A stretch of 64,000 nt of DNA from Bacteroidota bacterium (GTDB lineage: Bacteria; Bacteroidota; Ignavibacteria; UBA10030; UBA8401): contig DATJQP010000085.1 of NCBI GenBank assembly GCA_035505655.1, positions 6,395-70,394 on the forward strand, read 5' to 3'. The notes beneath the pieces were generated by a model. That model did not search any database and was not told the DNA's origin. It saw only the letters and a program-made list of their open reading frames with translations. How positions within the stretch are numbered: position 1 is the stretch's first letter; each line of letters opens with the position of its first letter. The position numbers and the translations under genes were made by a program. Below are positions 59,004 to 64,000 of the stretch, piece after piece.

Positions 59004-60086
59004 ATGAGCAACGCGTTGAAGATTCAACCCTCCGGGGCGCTTGACCTGGTTTCGCTCGGAGCCCTGGTGCACAGGCTGGATCCGGGAATTATCCCATTCA
59101 GGAAGGCAACAGAATGTCACATCCACGTCAGCGGCGGCGAGTTCAATGTGGCGGCAAATCTTGCCGATTGTTTCCGGCTCAACACCGGAATCGCTTCCGC
59201 GATGGTCGACTACCCGATCGGCGATCTCATTGCCGAGAGAGTGAGGGCGATGGGAGTGAAACCATTCTACAAACGATTCAAGCACAACGGTGTCAACGGT
59301 CCGAACATGGCAACTGTCTACAGCGACCGGGGCCAGGGGATGAGAGCCCCCGTTGTCTTTTACAATCGTTCGAATGAAGCGGCCGCCCAGTTGAAACCCG
59401 GAGATTTCGACTGGGGTGCAATCTTTGCGGGAGGAGTACGATGGTTCCACAGCGGCGGGATCTTCGCGGCGCTTTCACAAACGACGGGCGAAGTCATCAT
59501 CGAGGGGATGAAGGCCGCGAAGAAGGCGGGAGCGATCGTCAGCTTTGATCTCAACTTTCGCGAGAAGCTCTGGAATATCTGGGGAGGCGAGAAGAAGGCG
59601 GTGGAGGTCATCGCGAGGATTGTCGAAAACGCGGACGTCCTCGTCGGCAACGAGGAGGATCTTCAGAAAGGCCTGGGGATTCCCGGACCCGAGGTTGCGG
59701 CAAAATCAAAGCTCGACCCGAGCGCGTTCTTTGGGATGATCGACAAGGTCGTTGCGAAACATCCGCAGGTGAAGGTTGTGGCGACGACACTGAGGGAAGT
59801 CCGCTCCACGAACCACCACAGTTGGAGCGCGGTGGCCTGGATCGACGGAAAAACGTACGTCGCTCCGACCGCTGAACTTGACGTTCTCGACAGGGTCGGA
59901 GGGGGTGATGGGTTCGCGAGCGGCTTCTTTTACGGTCTCCTGACGGGCGAGCAGCCCGAGGAGGCCGTGAAGCTCGGATGGGCTCACGGTGCACTTCTCA
60001 CGACATTCCCGGGCGATACAACCATGGCGACGGTCGAGCAGGTTCGCGCTTTTGCCAGGGGCGGATCCGCGCGCATTCAGCGGTAA
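59004..60086 (+). CDS. Second PfkB-family sugar-acid kinase (a paralog of 56522-57607; both end in 'GGSARI(K/Q)R'). KDG kinase or another sugar-acid kinase.
   Basis: SD GAAGGAG upstream of the ATG at 59004. 'DLVSLGALVHRLDP...GGEFNVAANLA', 'DRVGGGDGFASGFFYGLL'. About 35-40% identity to the first kinase by eye. Confidence 0.75.
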   Translation: MSNALKIQPSGALDLVSLGALVHRLDPGIIPFRKATECHIHVSGGEFNVAANLADCFRLNTGIASAMVDYPIGDLIAERVRAMGVKPFYKRFKHNGVNGPNMATVYSDRGQGMRAPVVFYNRSNEAAAQLKPGDFDWGAIFAGGVRWFHSGGIFAALSQTTGEVIIEGMKAAKKAGAIVSFDLNFREKLWNIWGGEKKAVEVIARIVENADVLVGNEEDLQKGLGIPGPEVAAKSKLDPSAFFGMIDKVVAKHPQVKVVATTLREVRSTNHHSWSAVAWIDGKTYVAPTAELDVLDRVGGGDGFASGFFYGLLTGEQPEEAVKLGWAHGALLTTFPGDTTMATVEQVRAFARGGSARIQR

Positions 60087-60137
60087 ACTTCTGTCCACTT
60101 ATCATCCGAAAAACAACAGCAAGAGAAAGTTATCAGC

Positions 60138-61592
60138 ATGAATCAGAAAGCAGATATGGGGCTTGTGGGACTCGCCGTCATGGGAGAGAATCTGGTCCTT
60201 AATGTTGAGAGCCGCGGGTTCAGCGTCGCGGTGTTCAACCGAACGGTCGAAAAAGTCGACAATTTCGTCAACGGCAGGGCGAAGGGGAAGAAGATCATCG
60301 GCACGCATTCGATTGCGGAGCTCGCCGGGGCGCTGAAAACACCCCGGAAGATTATGCTCATGGTCAAGGCCGGCAAACCGGTCGATGAATTCATCGAGCA
60401 GATCATTCCCCACCTCGAGAAAGGGGATATCATCATTGACGGAGGGAACTCGCATTTCCCCGACACTATTCGAAGAACAAAGTATCTCGAATCGAAAGGA
60501 CTCCTCTACATCGGAACAGGCGTCTCGGGAGGAGAAGAAGGGGCGCTCAAGGGACCGTCGATCATGCCCGGCGGTTCTCCGGCGGCGTGGCCGCACGTGA
60601 AGCCCATCTTCCAGTCGATCGCCGCAAAGGTCGCCGACGGTACGCCCTGCTGCGATTGGGTCGGAGAGAACGGGGCCGGACATTTCGTGAAAATGGTCCA
60701 CAACGGGATCGAGTACGGTGACATGCAGCTCATCTGCGAAGTCTACCAGATTATGAAGGAGCTTCTCGGCATGTCTGCCCCCGAGATGCACAAGGTTTTC
60801 GAGGAGTGGAATCGCGGCGAGCTCGACAGCTACCTCATTGAAATCACGAGGGACATCCTCGCTTTCAAGGATGCGGATGGGGCGCCGCTCGTGGACAAGA
60901 TCCTCGACACGGCGGGACAGAAAGGGACGGGGAAGTGGACGAGTGTAGCCTCCCTTGACCTCGGGATCCCCCTCACCATGATCAGCGAGGCGGTCTACGG
61001 GCGATGTCTTTCCGCGGCCAAGGAAGACAGAGTCGAGGCCTCGAAGATTCTCAGAGGCCCCCAGCCGAAATTTACGGGAGACCGCAAGGCGTTCCTTGCC
61101 GACCTCGAAAAAGCGCTCTATGCTTCGAAGATCGTCTCCTACGCGCAGGGTTATGTGCTTCTTAGGGCTGCCGCGGAGGAGTTCAAATGGAATCTGAACT
61201 ACGGCGGCATTGCTCTCCTCTGGCGCGGCGGATGCATCATCCGATCCAGGTTCCTTGGGAGGATCAAAGAAGCCTTCGACAAGAATCCATCGCTCTCTAA
61301 CCTGCTTCTCGACCCCTTCTTCAAGGACACAGTCGAAGGATCACAGGAGGCATGGCGTCGCGTCCTCTCGACAGCGATTCTCAACGGAGTCTGGGTCCCG
61401 GCAATGGCGACGGCTCTCAATTATTTCGACGGCTACCGGAATGCACGCCTTCCGGCCAATCTTCTCCAGGCCCAGCGCGATTTCTTTGGGGCGCACATGT
61501 ACGAGCGGGTCGACAAGCCGCGGGGAGAGTTCTTCCATACGAACTGGACGGGACGCGGGGGTCATACCGCTTCTTCGACCTACGTCGTCTGA
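60138..61592 (+). CDS. gnd: 6-phosphogluconate dehydrogenase (decarboxylating).
   Basis: Near full-length co-linearity with Gnd: 'GLVGLAVMGENLVLNVESRGFSVAVFNRT', 'IIDGGNSHFPDTIRR', 'GTGVSGGEEGALKGPSIMPGG', 'HFVKMVHNGIEYGDMQLI', 'LLWRGGCIIRSRFL', 'QAQRDFFGAHMYERVDKPRGEFFHTNW'. Confidence 0.92.
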   Translation: MNQKADMGLVGLAVMGENLVLNVESRGFSVAVFNRTVEKVDNFVNGRAKGKKIIGTHSIAELAGALKTPRKIMLMVKAGKPVDEFIEQIIPHLEKGDIIIDGGNSHFPDTIRRTKYLESKGLLYIGTGVSGGEEGALKGPSIMPGGSPAAWPHVKPIFQSIAAKVADGTPCCDWVGENGAGHFVKMVHNGIEYGDMQLICEVYQIMKELLGMSAPEMHKVFEEWNRGELDSYLIEITRDILAFKDADGAPLVDKILDTAGQKGTGKWTSVASLDLGIPLTMISEAVYGRCLSAAKEDRVEASKILRGPQPKFTGDRKAFLADLEKALYASKIVSYAQGYVLLRAAAEEFKWNLNYGGIALLWRGGCIIRSRFLGRIKEAFDKNPSLSNLLLDPFFKDTVEGSQEAWRRVLSTAILNGVWVPAMATALNYFDGYRNARLPANLLQAQRDFFGAHMYERVDKPRGEFFHTNWTGRGGHTASSTYVV

Positions 61593-61628
61593 GGAACTTT
61601 GCCCGGACGCTATCCATAAAATATACAT

Positions 61629-62402
61629 TTGTTCAATGAGGATGTCGTGAGCAACTTATTCAATATCACAGGCAAGACTGCGATTGTCACGGGAGGGAGT
61701 ACCGGGCTCGGGGCAGGGATGGCGCTTGCTCTCGCGGAGGCGGGAGCCGATCTCGTCCTCGTCGACCGGACCGGCTGCGAAGAAACAGCTGACAAAGTCC
61801 GCGCATTCGGTCGGAAGGCGATCAACATCGTCGCCGACCTCTCGACGATCGACCCGATCGAAAGAATTATGCGGCAGACCATCCAGGAGTACGGGAAGGT
61901 CGACATCCTCGTGAACAACGCGGGGATCATCCGACGGACTCCGGCGGCCGATTTCTCTGAAAAGGATTGGGACGAGGTCATGGCGATCAATTCCAAGACC
62001 GTCTTTTTCCTTTGCCAGGCTGCCGGGAGGGATATGTTGAAGCGAAAGTACGGGAAGATCGTCAACATCTCATCCCTCCTTGCCTTTCAGGGGGGAATCC
62101 TTGTCCCGTCGTACGCCGCTAGCAAAGCTGCGGTGGCACAGGTGACCAAAGCGCTCGCGAACGAGTGGGCGAGCCACGGTATCACGATCAACGCGATCGC
62201 TCCCGGCTATATGGCGACGAACAATACGAAGCCTCTCCGGGAGGATGCCGCCCGATCGAAATCGATTCTCGACCGTATTCCGGCCGGAAGATGGGGATTG
62301 CCCTCAGATCTGGGCGGAGCCGTTGTCTTCCTCGCGTCGCCGGCGTCGGACTATGTGAACGGCCACGTGCTCGTCGTGGACGGTGGCTGGCTGGCCCGGT
62401 AG
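61629..62402 (+). CDS. kduD: 2-dehydro-3-deoxy-D-gluconate 5-dehydrogenase.
   Basis: Very close to E. coli KduD over the full length: 'VNNAGIIRR...DFSEKDWDEVMAIN...NISSLLAFQGGILVPSYAASKAAV...LANEWA...ITINAIAPGYMATNNT...ILDRIPAGRWGLPSDL...VFLAS.ASDYVNGH...VDGGWLAR'. A possible GTG start lies at 61648. Confidence 0.9.
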   Translation: MFNEDVVSNLFNITGKTAIVTGGSTGLGAGMALALAEAGADLVLVDRTGCEETADKVRAFGRKAINIVADLSTIDPIERIMRQTIQEYGKVDILVNNAGIIRRTPAADFSEKDWDEVMAINSKTVFFLCQAAGRDMLKRKYGKIVNISSLLAFQGGILVPSYAASKAAVAQVTKALANEWASHGITINAIAPGYMATNNTKPLREDAARSKSILDRIPAGRWGLPSDLGGAVVFLASPASDYVNGHVLVVDGGWLAR

Positions 62403-62494
62403 CTTTCGCCTCGGGTCTCGGCGTTTCCATCGCACGGACCGGTGCATCATGGCCCGATGCAGCGATTCTCAACCAGGAACTTTGAAGGATCTCT

Positions 62495-63151
62495 ATGTCA
62501 AGGAAAGAAGTCCTCGCGCGAATTCTCGAAACCGGCGCCGTTGCCGTTATCAGGATGAAGGATCCGAAGCGGCTTTCGAAGGTTGTCGAGGCGATAAGAG
62601 CGGGGGGAGTGAAATCGATCGAGATTACGATGACGGTTCCCGGAGCGGTCGAGATCATTCGCGAGATGGCACGATCCGCCCCACCGGATATTCTTATTGG
62701 TGCAGGGACGGTGACGGAGAAATCGGGAGCGATTGCGGTGATCGAGGCCGGGGCGAACTTTGTCGTCGGGCCGGCCCTCAATCTCGACATCCTCGCCGTC
62801 TGCCGCGAAAGAGATGTTGTCTGCATGCCCGGTTGCTTCTCACCGACTGAAATCCTCACCGGATGGAATGCCGGGGCCGACGTCATCAAGGTGTTTCCGG
62901 CCACTTCGCTGGGCCCCAGGTATTTCAAAGACATCGCGGGGCCATTTCCTCAGATCCGTCTCATGCCCACCGGCGGCGTAACCGTGGACAACGTCGGCGA
63001 GTGGGTGGCAGCGGGGGCGGTTGCGGTTGGAATCGGAAGCGACCTGCTCGACAAGAAGGCGATCGAGGAAGAGAATTATGCCCTCCTTACCGAACGGGCA
63101 GCGCGTCTTTCGAAAAACTTCCTCGATGCCAGGTCGAAGGTAAAGAAATAG
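62495..63151 (+). CDS. eda: 2-dehydro-3-deoxy-phosphogluconate (KDPG) / KHG aldolase.
   Basis: 'LETGAVAVIRMKDPKRLSKVVEAIRAGGVKSIEITMTVPGAVEIIREM...IGAGTV...AIEAGANFVVGPALN...MPGCFSPTEI..AGADVIKVFPA...PTGGV'. The Schiff-base Lys context is conserved (GADVIKVFP). Confidence 0.88.
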   Translation: MSRKEVLARILETGAVAVIRMKDPKRLSKVVEAIRAGGVKSIEITMTVPGAVEIIREMARSAPPDILIGAGTVTEKSGAIAVIEAGANFVVGPALNLDILAVCRERDVVCMPGCFSPTEILTGWNAGADVIKVFPATSLGPRYFKDIAGPFPQIRLMPTGGVTVDNVGEWVAAGAVAVGIGSDLLDKKAIEEENYALLTERAARLSKNFLDARSKVKK

Positions 63152-63182
63152 TGCGCCTCTCCACGGACGATCCCGCGGCTGG

Positions 63183-64000
63183 TCACTCTGTTCCTTTTGT
63201 TGGTCCGATATAAGTAAGCCGAAGCCCCCAGTCGTTTGCGTCCGGAAGATCGGGGAGCTGAACGATTCCGATTTTGCTTGCCGCAAGAATTCCCGCATCC
63301 AGCCAGCTCCCGCTTCGGGGATCGAACCACTTTGCTTCATACCTGCTGTTGAGCTTCGCCCCTCGTATTTGCGCTTTCGGACATCCCCGCTCAAAATAGG
63401 CCAGGAAGATTTCCTTGTCGGCGGTTCGCGCACAGTACGCCCACCCCTCGTACCCAAGCGTCAGGCTCGTCTTGTTTGGCGAGACGAGATCGGCGAGAGG
63501 AACGAGATCCTGATATCGCCGGCCGATCGAGAAGGCAAAGGTCCGGAGAAATTGCATCTGCGCACCGGAGTTCCAGCGAAATGCTTCCCACATGTGGACC
63601 GGTGCGCTCGGCTCGATGTCCGCTCCCCAAATCCCTTCGGCACCGTAGACGTGTCCCGCGAATCCTCCCGAAAGAAAACTTCCGTACATCCCGGAGCGAA
63701 CAAAAGCATCATCCAGAAATGTTCCTCCGGTCGCTCCGCGCGTGTAGTTTCCCCCTCCGGGACCCCGCGCATCCCGATATCCCGCGTAGTACGGCTCACC
63801 GTTGAGCGCGGGGAGAGGACTCTTCAGATTGAAAATCTCGGTGAGATACCAATAGTTGTCGTGTTCCCTCATGTTGCCGATTTGCTGAAGGGTGACCCAC
63901 GATCCTTCCCCCCAATTTTCGAGGGTTGAGGGATTTGCGTTGGCGGAGAGGAGCGTGCCGAACGGAGGGGGGCCGAATTTCGACTTCACCATGGCGATGG
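63183..64000 (-). CDS. Hypothetical protein, a C-terminal fragment (the N-terminus lies beyond the window end). Possible glycoside-hydrolase-associated beta-sandwich domain.
   Basis: The minus-strand ORF is open to the window edge. 'NGEPYYAGYRDARGPGGGNYTRGATGGTFLDDAFVRSGMYGSFLSGGFAGHVYGAEGIWGADIEPSAPVHMWEAFRWNSGAQMQFL'. Convergent with eda. Family unknown. Confidence 0.35.
   Translation of the reverse strand, partial: IAMVKSKFGPPPFGTLLSANANPSTLENWGEGSWVTLQQIGNMREHDNYWYLTEIFNLKSPLPALNGEPYYAGYRDARGPGGGNYTRGATGGTFLDDAFVRSGMYGSFLSGGFAGHVYGAEGIWGADIEPSAPVHMWEAFRWNSGAQMQFLRTFAFSIGRRYQDLVPLADLVSPNKTSLTLGYEGWAYCARTADKEIFLAYFERGCPKAQIRGAKLNSRYEAKWFDPRSGSWLDAGILAASKIGIVQLPDLPDANDWGLRLTYIGPTKGTE

Noticed and set aside
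1-64000. CRISPR arrays, tRNA/rRNA genes, transposases, integrases and other mobile-element hallmarks.
   Set aside because: No direct-repeat/spacer periodicity was seen. There is no GTTCGAATC-type T-arm with a matching acceptor stem in the intergenic regions. No transposase/integrase-like ORFs and no rRNA-like conserved segments were found. The window appears to be a stable catabolic locus.

Overview
This is a high-GC (~60%) window with strong GC3 bias, which produces many long spurious antisense ORFs. Real genes mostly carry Shine-Dalgarno-like RBSs (GGAGG/GAAGGAG), yet at least eight proteins end in a canonical type-IX secretion (T9SS) C-terminal sorting domain (...NYPNPFNP...GVYFY...KKMxLLK). 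That combination suggests a non-Bacteroidia member of the FCB superphylum, such as an Ignavibacteriota-, Rhodothermota-, Gemmatimonadota- or Fibrobacterota-like lineage; this is inference.

Layout:
(i) 1-4709 (-): a giant multi-PAS (about nine PAS/PAC repeats) membrane sensor histidine kinase that runs off the window start.
(ii) 5.8-9.7 kb: an S8 subtilase with a T9SS C-terminal domain (CTD).
(iii) 9.8-11.5 kb (-): a hypothetical secreted protein and an ECF sigma/anti-sigma pair.
(iv) 11.9-48 kb: a pectin-degradation locus secreted through the T9SS. It contains two GH28 genes, PL1, a PL9-like protein, GH105, two CE8 genes (one fused into a 1263-aa multidomain protein), a LacI regulator, two TonB-dependent receptors with CarboxypepD_reg N-domains, a family of huge paralogous beta-helix/adhesin-like CTD proteins, and a TonB-dependent receptor (TBDR) - hypothetical - tandem PorV-like outer-membrane barrel operon.
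(v) 48-63 kb: a hexuronate/KDG catabolic operon (DUF4861-like, uxaC, kduI, exuT, SDR reductase, pdxB-like D-2-hydroxyacid dehydrogenase, LarA-family nickel-pincer racemase/epimerase homolog, kdgK, GatZ/UxaE-like gene, second kdgK paralog, gnd, kduD, eda). It lacks uxaA/uxuA/uxaB in the window.

The most novel-looking signals are: the LarA-like + PdxB-like pair, together with gnd, embedded in the hexuronate operon, which suggests a possible C2-epimerisation shunt from mannonate/altronate to gluconate; the TBDRs followed by T9SS-CTD proteins and PorV paralogs instead of SusD; and a conserved palindromic motif (AAAGTTAYCGGTAAAGTAAACG) upstream of three pectinolytic genes.
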